The notes beneath the pieces are model-generated. The model made no database searches and was not told where the DNA came from. It was given only the letters and a program-made list of their open reading frames with translations. The position numbers were made by a program, and so were the translations under genes. Shown here one piece after another: positions 37,723 to 50,253 of a DNA stretch of 64,000 nucleotides (position 1 is its first letter; the number at the start of each line of letters is the position of its first letter). This DNA comes from Amphiscolops sp. MND2022 (taxonomy: Eukaryota): positions 63,612,001-63,676,000 of the forward strand of contig OZ076412.1 in NCBI GenBank assembly GCA_964187785.1. Direction: 5' to 3'.

Positions 37723-38831
37723 TGGTGACAGGACCTACCAAGAACATCCTGAGACAAAGTTCGACTAACTCCAACACCACAAATACACAAGGACCATACG
37801 CACAAACTCCTCTCGAGCATCCTGAACCAACAGATCCCGTCAGTCAAATTGCCATAGCAATCGGAAATCTCACACGAAGAAATACCGAACCATCCCTTCT
37901 TCACCCGAAGAACACATCTACTTTCAACGGGAAATTAGAGAAAAATGAAAAACTCGAGTATTTTGAAGATCTTTTCCACACAACACTCAAAATGCAACCA
38001 CACCTCACGGAAGACATGAAAATTAACCATTTTCATGCCCATCTAAGAGGACTAGCATTGAAAACTTTTAAAAACATCCAAAGAACTCCGACAACAACAC
38101 TTGAAGATATACTAGTAGTCTTCAGAAGGAAATATGTTAAGCCTGAATCCAGCGCCTCTGCAAAACACAGATTTAATCGGATCATGTTCCAACCGGAAAA
38201 TCAAAAGCTACCCGACTTTCTTGAAGACCTCCAAGAAAGCGCTGAAAAAGCACTCGGCGAAGCAGCACCACAAATGATTGAGAGCCTGATATATGCAAAA
38301 ATGCCCCCTCATCTCAAAAAATCAATCAACCAGGCTTACCTCGAAAACGGTACCTATGAACAAATAGTGAAACATCTAGAAAGAGAGATGGAGCTCAATG
38401 GACTCGAAGCAGGAGAGCCCCTAGTGAAAACTCAAATGACTGCAGTCAAACAACAAACCAACACGCAAAACACTAAAACACCCCCACAAAACACAAAAAC
38501 AAAGACAAAAACTCCAAACACAGTACCCAACAACACCCTTCAAGATAACCAATGCCGATATTGCAAGGATGAAGTCCACATAGCAAAAGAGTGCTCAAAA
38601 CTTGCAAAACGACAGAAAATGGACCAAGACCCAGATGCACCAAGGTGTGCCCATTGTAACAACCCTGGTCATGAAGAACAAAACTGTTACTTCGGAGCAA
38701 ACATGGAAAATCGTCCACTTAAATGGACACTCACCGAAACTCAGAAAAAACTAATCGAAGAATATAAAAAATCAAACAAACCAATCAACCCTCGAAATCT
38801 CAAACCTTCAACATCGAAGGATTTAAACTAA
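37159..38831 (+). CDS. gag: Gag (starts 564 bp inside the 5' LTR; 5-bp insertion frameshift at ~37390 in this copy)
   Basis: ORFs 37159-37395 plus 37398-38831. The 3' LTR copy (52434-52992) reads through without the gaata insertion. Zinc knuckles CRYCKDEVHIAKEC and CAHCNNPGHEEQNC. Confidence 0.93.
37723..37733 (+). promoter_or_regulatory. Primer-binding site TGGTGACAGGA
   Basis: Begins immediately after the LTR-terminal CA; absent after the 3' LTR; conserved in element 1. Confidence 0.85.
38822..38828 (+). promoter_or_regulatory. -1 ribosomal frameshift slippery site T TTA AAC at the gag/pol junction
   Basis: X XXY YYZ in gag phase, directly before the gag TAA. The -1 frame from 38822 is stop-free into the pol ORF (38939). 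Confidence 0.85.
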
Positions 38832-41800
38832 TAAAGCCACGCCTTCAAACAACAACACCACAAAAACAATGCTCAGCTGATGACTGGCAGCATCCGCCGA
38901 GCCCCAAACCTATAAAAATCACAACCTACAATCACAGCTTGACAAATAAAAGTGACTCTCCGACTGTAAACACTCAAACTACACCACCCGACCACCTTCA
39001 AGAGGATCTTTATGACTTACTCAAAGATGCCCCAGATAATTATCTACTACGATCCATGTTTGAACCTGAAACTGAAACCGAAACACAAAATCAGCAACCC
39101 ACAAAATCGCGACCTCAAGAAACACAAACTGACCAATTTAAAGCACAATCCACATCGACAACCCAAACTGACGATGACACTACATCGGAATTAACCAACA
39201 CTCTCTTCAGCGCGTCTCCTGGAAAACAACCCCTCCTTGATGCCGAGGTTATTAACCACCTCACAACAGACGAAGGTAATAACGTAGCATATCTAAACCT
39301 TTCCACGAACCTTACCCTCAAAAAGAAGCGTCATATGTACTATTTCCCAATGGATTTCGAGAAATTAACTCTGGATGGACTCATTGATACTGGCGCCCTT
39401 ACAAGCGCCATTTCTGAAGAAGATCTCAACAAAATAAAACTCCTTTCAAACGAAGCCATAAAAGATACTGGTCCAGCACCCAATTTTCAAATCATGGTGG
39501 CAAATGGTCAACTTGAGCGACCCATCGGCACCGTCTTAGTTCAATTCGAAGTAGCAGATTTCCAATTTCAAGAGAACTTCATTGTCATGAAGGTACTACC
39601 CAACCCATTAATCGGCCTGTGTTTTTTACAAAGACACAATGCCATGTTTGACATTCGTCAAGGGATTATTATTTTCCCTTACCTGTCGATGCAACTACGA
39701 CCAGACCATACAACAAATACCCGAACAACAACACCCCTTCTAACAGAAACTTCATACACCCTACAACCTGGAGAAACCCTCGCAATCTCCAGCAAAATAC
39801 CACACCTGATAGATCACAATGCCACAGGTATTGTCACTCCATCGTCACATATGGAAGATCACGAAAGTATTTTCATTACATCTTCCCTGTGTACGATTAA
39901 TAACAATGCAGTGGGCTACCAAGTGATCAATTTTTCGGATATGCCTTACACCCTTCCTATAGATACACACATGGCAGACTTCCGAGTTCTTACGCCCGAA
40001 CAGATTAAACACATCAAACCTGTTGACCCATCAACCCTCACTTTCATGATGCATCAACACATGGAAAACACGGATCTATACCTCAACCAATTGATGAAAA
40101 CAAATCAGTCATCGGACGAACAAGAAACTTACTGGTTAACAACGCCTGAAGAACCTGGGGATCCAGATACATACACTCCAATACAACAACGCATATATGA
40201 TGAACTACTTGAACTCAAACAACTAGAACAATTAAACCCAAACGATAACGACGAGTCAAGAATGAAATTTCTCAGTCACTTTGACTGGACGGACACTACC
40301 CTAAGCCCGTTCGAAAAACAACACATAGAAGATATTCTGGTACAATATCACGACATCTTCGCAAGACATCGTTTCGATATAGGTACCAATAGAGAATTCA
40401 AGGTCAAACTGACGCCGAACGATGACAGACCAGCCTACAGTCAAAGTCTTCCTACACCCATCAACCTCAAGGACGACATAACTGTTGAACTGGCCCTTCT
40501 TCATCGTTATGGAATCATCACGACCCTACCGTTCTCTAAATACGCAAGCCCTATTTTTGCCCAATGGAAACCAAATGGACGCCTTCGACTTTTGGTGGAT
40601 CTCCGCAAAATCAACAACCTCATCACTCAGGACTACGTGAACAACAATCACCCAGTTAGCACCCTGTCAGATGCAGCACAGCATATGGCCGGCAAGAAAC
40701 TTTTTTGCAAACTTGATTGCTCTCAAGCATATCACTGCTTGCAAATGGCAGACTATCAGTCCATACAGATGTTAGCCTTTAATTTCGCGAGTCGAACATT
40801 TGCATATCGCCGCCTTGCACAAGGACTCAGTCGATCACTGTCTGCTTTCTCATCCTTCATGAGAGAATATTTAGATAATGCAATCAAAGCTGATCAGTGT
40901 GCTCAATATGTCGACGACATCGGCATCGCTGCGAATGATTCTACCCAGCTTTGCATCAACATCAAAACAGTCTTTGAATGCATACGCAAAGCAGGACTCA
41001 AACTTACGATGGCCAAATGCCATTTTGGAGTCAAACAAGTTGACTTCTTGGGTCGCACAATTACCCCAGAAGGAGTCTCTCCACAAACCGAAAAAGTCAA
41101 ACAATTCCTCCAAAAACTCAAATTTCCGAAATCCAAAAAAGCACTCCAGAGATATATTGGGTTTCTCAACTACTACAGAAACTACATCCCTCGCTTATCA
41201 GAGAAACTAACCCCTTTTTTCAAATTGCTCAATCAAACATCACAATTCTCCATCCCGGATACAATTCTCGAAGCATTCAAAAATCTCAACCAACAACTGG
41301 AACAATCATGCAAACTTGCTCTCAAACAACCGATCAAAAACAAACAACTCATTTTAATGACCGACGCTAGCTTTACAGCGGCAGGATATGCCATCATGAT
41401 TGAGGATGATCCTGAACAAAAGGTCCAATCTAGAAGGAAAACCTATGCTGCTCCAATAGCCTTTGGTTCAAAAACTTTTAATCCAACCCAATTGAAAATG
41501 TCCATATACGCAAAAGAGTTCCTAGCAATCTACTATGCGTTTTCCGAATTTGGACACTTAATGTGGGGTAGCGTTTTTCCTTTTATCGTCTTCACAGATA
41601 ACAGATCTGTAACACGCTTTTTCCAAACCAAAATCATCCCTCCTGCTCTTTGGAATGCATGCGACTACATCCTCCAATACAATTTTGTCATTGCACATGT
41701 TCCCGGAGCCATGAATACGGCTGCAGATTTCCTATCGCGAGCTGAATCGAACCCCACAGAAAAACTTGAAATGAACATCCGCAATGATGTCAATACAAAA

Positions 41801-43821
41801 GCAATTGAAGTTAACATACAGTCCACTGGAGTCGCCGAAGAGGAACTCTTATATATACTCCCGGTGAATGCCCCACAGAACAACAATTGTGGGAGGAAAA
41901 AGAAACAATTCGCGAATCAGCAAAAACTGAAACCCACAACGAACCGGAAAATGAAGTGTTCGAACTACAAACGTTTCACAAACCCACAGCGGGAACCATC
42001 AACTATAGGGAGGGTCACTTCAAAGACAATGCAAAAATCCGATTAGAACAAAACAATGATGAAGTTCTACGTAATTTGAGAGCCAAAATTGAAAGCGAAC
42101 CCTACGACGAAACACAATTTACACAAGACCACCGATACAAACATTACTCACAAAACATAATGAGGATTGAAATAAAACAAGATGTCCAAACAAGAAGATA
42201 CTACAAAGACATTGGGATGATAACCCATTATCAAATTCTTTTACCTAAACAACTCCTGGACGAATTCTTTCATGCTCTTCACGGTCATAACGCAAATCAT
42301 CCGGGAATAACCAAAATGATCCAAGAAGCACGACAAAAATACTACTACCCGTGCATCGCCAAATATATCCGGAATTGGGTGACAAAATGTCAAATGTGCA
42401 TCCAAAACAAACGGATCAACAATGACCTACTCAAAACGGAACTACTAAACTGCCCCGAATGGGATTTGGGCCCAGAAGACATCCTACAAATGGACATCCT
42501 TCCCAATCTCCCACCAAGCGGAGGATATGACAATATCATCACTGCAATAGACGTGTTCTCACGCTATTTGTTTGCCTATCCAGTCACGAGAATCACTGCT
42601 CCGGCAGTAGCAAAAATCATTATGGACATTTTGTGTAAACACACATACCTACCCACAACAATCATTACCGACATGGGCACTCAATTCAATTCTCAGGTCA
42701 CAAAAGAAGTAGCCGCAGTCCTGAACATAGAACTGAAACAAGCAACGACAAAACACGCCCAAACAATCGGACTGTTAGAACGTACTCATGCATCAGTTAA
42801 AGCACACCTTAAGGCAGCCACTGGAGAATTTAGAAACAATTGGCACAAGTTTCTCCCACTGGCAGTCTTAAACCATAATACAACCTACCATGCAACACTA
42901 GGATGTGAACCTACACGGGTCTTCCATGGTCGGATTCCTCACAACATACTAGACTTCAAACTTGGATACAACCCAAATCCTCGCTTCCAACCCCAAACTG
43001 AGGTAGTAGAGGAAGTACAAAGAAGGATTGCTTTACTTCACGATCAGACAAAGAAAAACATCATGCAATCTTACCTTAAATATAAAGCATATTACGACAG
43101 GAAAGCAAAGGCATCACCTCTAACAACAGAGGATTATTGCTTCATCCTGAATCCAAAGGCCGACACACAAGCAACGAAGATACCTTTTCGTGATTTTCGT
43201 TGGGTTGGTCCCTATAAAGTTGAAAAGGTCCTTCCGAACAATAATTATATTGTTCGTAGATTGTGCACGAATAAAACCCAACTACTCCACCGCATTCGAC
43301 TACGAAAATACACTCCACAAGCTCCTCTCGCCGATAATTTTGTCAGAGAAACTGACTGGCAGAAAGAGGATACACTTGTCTCTCAAGATGACTTATATGC
43401 CCATGCTTGGGACAGTAATTTTGGCAGCAGTCCATTCGATCCTGACCACGAAGTCTGTGATCAACAGGAAGACACGGTGGATAATGAACCTACTCCTCAA
43501 CCAAAAATATACCACCCTCCCGCCCTCGATAAATCAAAAAATAGTGGGGGGATCCCAGCAGGACAACCTGCTGCGAACGACAAGGAATCTCAAATAACCG
43601 AAAAAACATCCTCAGAAAATGAAATTCATGAGCCCATTCCAGAAACTTCCAGAAATCCAGAAGATATTCAAGAAATCCCTACAGAAAATTCCCCAAAAAC
43701 TCCCGAAATCAACCCAGAAAATTTCGCACACGAAGCTGAAGAAACTGTTAACACAAGAGGCGAAAAATATAACCTACGCCCAAACCCTAACCCAAACTAC
43801 TCAGACTCATACAGATTTTAA
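38822..43821 (+). CDS. pol: Pol polyprotein (protease, RT, RNase H, integrase); one frameshift at ~41860
   Basis: LIDTGA, YVDD, MTDAS, HGHNANHPG..CQMC, QMDILP, ITDMG and LERTH motifs. ORFs 38939-42046 and 41887-43821 are joined by an apparent 1-nt deletion (LPGECPTEQQLWEEK restored). Confidence 0.97.
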
Positions 43822-44226
43822 AAAACAAATCAAAAAGACTCAGAGACTTGAATTATATACTATAGTCTCCTTCGTCAATCTTTCTCTCATGTTTTTCTTC
43901 ATTCTTTATCTCATTTCCAATCAAAATTGGAAGCTATCATTTTTTTCTCTCCAAACTGGAGGAAGACATCAAATGAGGCGTAATCAGCCAAAAAGAGAAA
44001 ATAACTATACAAACAAAACAGACATCAAATCAGCAAAAACATAGAAATTTCAAGAGTCAAGATGAAACATCAATGATCAATTCCAGCCAATTCTTCATTT
44101 CTTATCTCCTTCTTTCTTTCGGACAACTAACTTCTTAACCCCAACGGGCTGGGACTCGGGCAAGATTGGCACGTCCACTCTATAACGCAGGCTTGAAAGG
44201 GCAGATGTTGCAAGCACAGGAGATTT

Positions 44227-47200
44227 TTAGGTGATTTTGCCTGTTGCCCCAGTTGACTCTGGCCCGCTCTGACTTGGAGTAGGAGCAACAAATTTGGAAG
44301 GCTTAGGGGTCTTAGGAGATTGAATGGGGCTTGAACTAGCTGATTGTGGCTTATCATGAAGCGCAACCCAAGATTTCTCTTCATCAGAAATAGTACAAGT
44401 GTACCGAGAATCGAAATGGTTAGATATACGTCGCCGGCGGGATGAACATGACGAAGTAAGGTCCCAGACTGACAGATGAGCGTCTTCTAATAGAGCCCGC
44501 CCTTTCCCTAGCAAAGAGAAGACAGAAGAAACAGTTCTCGGGTTGGCATACAATTCAGACACATTGGGTACCCCAACTAAAGAAGACTGAATGCTCCTAA
44601 CGCAGGACTGGAATTCACGGGAATCAGATGCAAGTTCGAGTAGCTCAATAGTAAAAACAGAAGGGATAACGTGGACCTCTGACAAACTCAGAGTACATAG
44701 CTTGAAGACTGTAAATAAATTTTCCCGACATTGAAGCTCATAATAATTTGACATAAAGCTGATCCATCCTCCCTCATAAGAAATGCTGTGAGATCTGAAT
44801 TTCTCCACAAACGCTCCATACTCACTCAGGACCAATGGTTTAGTTGTGTGGGATATCCATTTTTGCTGCACCAAGTAGTCGCAAAGTAACTCGGACTCAT
44901 GTGCATAGTCCACTTCTTCCCCGTATCGGATAACGGCTTCATCAAACACAGAGAACCCTCGGACAAGCTTGGACTTAGAGACTTTATGCTTCAGAAGAAG
45001 GATGCAGAGGTTTTTTTTAAAAACATATAACTTGTTCGACAAATCGAGTGGGGGTGGGCAAATCGCTTTCTGCAACAAGCTTAGCAAAGTCCTTGTTTTG
45101 CATGAAATCTGCAACAGATTTTATAGGAAGATCTGGAGAAGTGAGATCAACGGACATAAAATGATCCCAATGGGAGATGTCGCCAAGAAAAGAGTAATAT
45201 AAACTGCAGCTGACTGTAAATAAATGTGGTAAAGGCGCTGTATACTCGGAAACCGTCAGGGGGGAAACTCCATTCACGCCTTTGAAAGCAGAGTTGTCTA
45301 AACACAAGTAATGAATAAAAACAACCTGAGTAATACTACCAAATACCGACCAAAATAAGTGAAGGTAAAATGAGAACTAACAGTGTAGAAGCACATTTCG
45401 GATCAAGAACAGTTTGGCTGCGTATGATTTGTCCTTGAAGAAGGTTTCATCAAGACTCTTGGACTGGAAAGGAAATAAAAATTGTAAACGAAATGGAAGA
45501 GAGAAAGCAAAATGGAAGAAATAAATTAATAATTACCTCCTTCAAGTGGTATTTAAATGCCTTCAATCGATCGGCGAGTCGAAGATGGGAAATGACTTTG
45601 CTCCAATTTCGGCACAACTGATCAAGAACCACAACTGATTCAATAAGGCTGTACTCGAGGCTGGAGATGGCCTAAAACAACAATGTCACAACGATACTAT
45701 GATAACGCATTAGAATACGGAATAGAGTCTGCAATTCCGACGCATTATGCGGTTTTCCGAACTCCGCATAGGATGCCAACCAGTATACAGCATAGACAAT
45801 GCTGCTTATGCGGTTTACAGAAACAAACAGCATAAGGAGAAATCGACATGCGGTTTTCACGAGAAAACAGCATGAAAAAACAAATTATATCGTCTATACC
45901 GTTCTCAGGAGAAAACGGCATAGAAGGATGCATTATGCGGTTTTCAGAAGAAAACAGCATAAGAAGAAACCAGTATGCGGTTTTCAGAAGAAAACAGCAT
46001 AAGAAGAAACCAGTATGCGGTTTTCAGAAGAAAACAGCATAAGAAGAAACCAGTATGCGGTTTTCAGAAGAACACAGCATAAGAAGAAACCATTATGCGG
46101 TTTTCAGAAGAAAACAGCATAAGAAGAAACCAGTATGCGGTTTTCAGAAGAAAACAGCATAAGAAGAAACCAGTATGCGGTTTTCAGAAGAAAACAGCAT
46201 AAGAAGAAATCAGTATGCGGTTTTCAGAAGAAAACAGCATAAGAAGAAACCATTATGCGGTTTTCAGAAGAAAACAGCATAAGAAGAAACCAGTATGCGG
46301 TTTTCAGAAGAAAACAGCATAAGAAGAAACCAGTATGCGGTTTTTGAAAGAAATCTGCATAGAAGAAATCATTATGCGGTTTTGAAAGAAATCTGCATAG
46401 AAGGAACCATTATGCGGTTTCAAAAGAAATCTGTATAAAGGAAATCATTATGCGGTATTTGGAAGAAATCAGCATAAATGAAACCAGTATGTCGCTTTTG
46501 CGATAAATCAGCATAAAAGGTGGCTTACACTATGCAAAATAAAATGATATGCGGCAAAGCATAAAAAACATCACGAAGGAATACAAAACAAGCAAACTAG
46601 CTGCAGGGCGAGAGCGCTTAAATCCCCATAAAATTTGTCTATTCGTTATGCTGCTTTATGCGGTTTTCAGAGTGCAGCATAGAAACAAAATATACTATAT
46701 TATATGGATCCCCCGACAGTGATAAAACGACTGGATTCGTATTCTGAATGGCCTACAACGAGGAATTGTTGCAAAAATCCATGAAACAAAGTTCAAAGAG
46801 GTAATCAAGAAAATTACTTTACGGAGCTCAGGAAGGTCGTTCAACCAAGTAGACCCAGAAGCCGTTCGCAACTTCATTAGAAGAAACTGTAGTACGCTGT
46901 GATAGTCGTAACGGTCCAGAATCTTGACAGTGGGTCCCGCTAACAACTTGTCCAAATCTTCATGTGAAAAGGTAGGCACCACACACACCGAAGGCACTTG
47001 AACGGATTCAGTAATGATTGTTTTGGCGGTACGACCATCAAAGCCAAGGAGTGAATAAAGAGGAGGTACACTAGGGAATGCAGCAAGAAAAGAACTGACG
47101 ATCTGAAGAACTTCTTTCGCGATCATGAGACTGTTTGGGATTTCGGCGAGTAAAAGATTGTTGAATACATTTCCAGACCAGAATGTTAGGACCACTTGGG

Positions 47201-49083
47201 AATTATCCTGATTAGTGTGAAGTTGGAGTGAGAATTGACCCGACTGACCAATTGCAGTAACTGAGTATGACAGTAAAGTGCGAAACATGTGGACCAAGAT
47301 TCCCTGTGAATGAAAATGTGGTGAACTAAAAGAAGGGTGATTAGAAAGACAACCAAAATGATAGGAAAATACTTACAAAAACACGGTCTTTATCCCAGCT
47401 GTATTGAGGCACCTTAATTGGTCCTCTAACTTCGAGCCCAAGGTTGCCCCAGTGAGAAGTGAGAGTATCTAAGTCACCGCCATACTTCAACCCAGTCAAC
47501 AGAATTCGTATTTGGCAGCAAATTGTGGTGCTTGGGTCTAATTCATCAGTCGGCACAGGAAGTTTGCGTTGTCCGGCGAGCAGGTAACATTCCCCGAGAA
47601 TAGGTGCAATGGGAATTTCCAGTTCAGCTTTCTCTCGTGCTGCAGCTAAATCAGCCCCAGTGAGCTCCAACTCATTTTTTCCGTAAAGGGGCATTCCAGG
47701 AGTCTCCATCCTGATGCGGTGTTCACGGACTAAATGGGCGTCAGTTCTATAATGGGAGAGAATTTCAAAGGAACCTTTGGTCTTCAATGACAACTCAATG
47801 TGGCAAACTCTGCAACCCCACTTTTGAGGGTTGTTGGCAGAATCAATTGGTGCAGTTACGAAGAACTTGAAGATGGGATGTTTCCTGTACATACTTCCGG
47901 TCAACTGCATTCTTGGTCGTGGTCTCTTGGAAGCTGAGTGTTGATCACCTGGATTGATGCGGGCTGTACTTTTTTCCCTTACCCTAGTCTGCCTTCTCCC
48001 TTTGTGAGAATGTCTTGTGGGGGGTGTGTTTTGACCTCCTGTTGTACTAGCGGGCGACACCATCAAGGATGATTCCATATTTGTCACACTGGTTACCGTC
48101 CCTGTCGAGGTCCCAGGAGCCTGCGACACAGGCATTGCAAATGGTTTTATCAACCTTGAACTGATAGAGGTGGTTAATTCCGAAACCATAGTTTGCATGC
48201 GTTGCTCTAACGCCAACAAATCCAGACTGGTGACAAAGTTACTTGAGGAGGTAAATTGCCCAGCTTCTGTTGCAGTGGATGTTTGTGCAATTGGAGATAT
48301 AGCTCTTGGAGTAATGGCCTGAGGGGTCCGATTGAGAAAACTGGAAAATGGGGAAAGGCAAGTTTTACCCATTTGTGGAATCGACTCTGATGATCCACTT
48401 GGTTCGACGTCACGATCGTTCCTCTCCGAATGACCAGTAGCATGTGAGAAAGACTGTTCAATATCATCTTTAGATTGGGGATTAGCGTTACTTCGTGAAA
48501 CAGATGCAAGAAAGCTAACTGCGGTTTCTGTACGAGGCCCATCGGAACTTGAAACATGGATGCTATTATCGAAGGAATGCCTTATGCCGACTACATCGAC
48601 AAAAGATTTTGAACCTTCATTGCACTCCATTTGATGATCCGGTGTCGAATGATGAGTTGGATTACCAAAGGGAAGTAAAGGGGTTAAATCGACAGTGGGA
48701 GACGGATCCTGTGCCGAGGAAGCAGAAGTGAGTGTGGCTGAAACAAATACGAAATCAGCAAATATGGAAAATTGGAACAGCCAAAGAATTGACTGTTTAA
48801 AATAGTGGGAGCCTGATCGACTCTCACTTTAAACAAACAGGACTAGCTAGTTCGAAAAATTATTCACGACTTGAAACAGGAAATCCGGAATTCAACCTGC
48901 GAATAGTTGGTGAAAACTGAAATTCGTTCAACAATCGAAACGGGATGTTCTAAAGAACCTTCGATGATTGCTTGAAATCAAATCTTCGCTCCAATTTAAT
49001 TAAATTGGACGAAAAGAAATTCGAAAATACAGACCTTGTGTTGGCTCTTCGCTTCTTTCTTGGCCAGCTTCTTTCCTTTCCAT
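44227..49083 (-). CDS. Antisense multi-exon gene, hAT-transposase-like (BED-type zinc finger, DDE-like core with first Asp replaced); predicted exons 49083-49035 (tentative), 48737-47377, 47303-46818, 46752-46696, 45671-45537, 45463-45382, 45297-44227; ~1080 aa
   Basis: All six introns are GT-AG and phase-compatible (297, 73, 65, 1024, 73, 84 bp). Motifs: IFKFF..WGCRVC..SHYRTDAH, QFSLQLH, LLGFDG, LDQLCRNW, YAAKLFLIRNVL, NSAFKG, GFSVFD, ENLFTVFKLCTL. One frameshift (or a 43-bp intron) at the homopolymer ~45010-45025. Confidence 0.75.
45930..46520. repeat. 40-bp tandem array (~10 near-perfect plus degenerate copies) inside the largest predicted intron
   Basis: Unit aagaagaaaccagtatgcggttttcagaagaaaacagcat; contains the inverted repeat ATGCGGTTTTC-AGAA-GAAAACAGCAT. 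Confidence 0.97.
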
Positions 49084-50253
49084 TGTAAAGTAGATTCCCA
49101 CAGAATAGTAATTGAAATCCCTTTGTGGTAGATCCAAATTTCAAAAATGAGATGCAGCAAGACTAGAGAAATGACTGTAACTAGTAAATGAAGAAGGATG
49201 GAGATTTGGAAAGGACGAGACTGTAAATGAACCTGACAAACTATGGAAACTGAAAGAAATAAAGGAAGTAGAAGAAGATTGGTGAGAAACTCATGAAGGC
49301 AATAAAGCAAATGAATGACGTCAATTTCACAATGCACACAATTCACATTAAATTTGATTGGTTGAGAGAGTGCATGCAGCTTGGAAGTATCTGCCAGTAT
49401 AACCAAGTTAATAAGCATGCGCTGTTAACACGCAGGAGCCGAATTATGCGGAAACTTTACAAAACAGCATAATAAGATTAGGAGGTAATCACAGTTGAAC
49501 AGTATATGCATTCAAGAGAATCCGGAACAACACTGTGAGCAGGATGGCAACTTCACGCGGATATTGTAGTAAATCAGCATAATGGTTCATCACATTATGC
49601 GGTGAACTGCAGAAAACAGCATAAAATGGTTATGCGGAAAAGAATGATGAACATCATAGTGCAGTAATAGAGTTAATAGGTAGAATTATGATGCATTATT
49701 ATGAATTCAGTGCGCGGCATATGATGCGAATGATTACTTGCTCTCATATCATCTGTCATATGTTAGAAATACGAACCAAGTTGTTACGTCAGAAGAAATG
49801 AATAATGCTATGAAGGTGTGAAAACTTTCACTTTGATAAACCTGAATGAACCTATGATATATTTAATTATGAGCAGTTAAAATTATTCAGACGGAACAAG
49901 AAGACGATAACCGAAACATAAAAGAAATTGAAAAGAAAATTTCAGGATCTGATGATTGTTTATATGGTATTAACAATTTTACCGGTGCTATTTCCCCCAT
50001 ATCTCACAATAAATTACCTGAAAACCCGGGAAATGGGTAATTCGAGATATGTTTTGATGCTATTTGTAAGAAAACCCCCGTAACCCAATAAAAACTATAA
50101 AATCTTATCATTCTGATCATAAATCTCCATAAATTAGCCGCTTATTTTCCTCTCTCTCTCTTTCTCTTCAACAAATTTCTTGAGAATTTAATAATCATAT
50201 TGTGTTAAATTTTCTTGAAACTTGACTGAAATCAAAAAACCTATAGTCAGACA

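Noticed and set aside
41850-41890. Programmed frameshift between RNase H and integrase of element 2
   Set aside because: There is no slippery heptamer; a single-base deletion restores a continuous frame.
45930-46520. CRISPR-like array (palindromic repeated unit)
   Set aside because: Units are contiguous with no unique spacers, there are no cas genes, and the context is a eukaryotic retrotransposon.
48996-49418. 140-aa hydrophobic ORF as an env-like or membrane protein
   Set aside because: It has a non-ATG start and a composition explained by pyrimidine-rich non-coding sequence, with no fusion-protein features; the tentative first exon uses a different frame.
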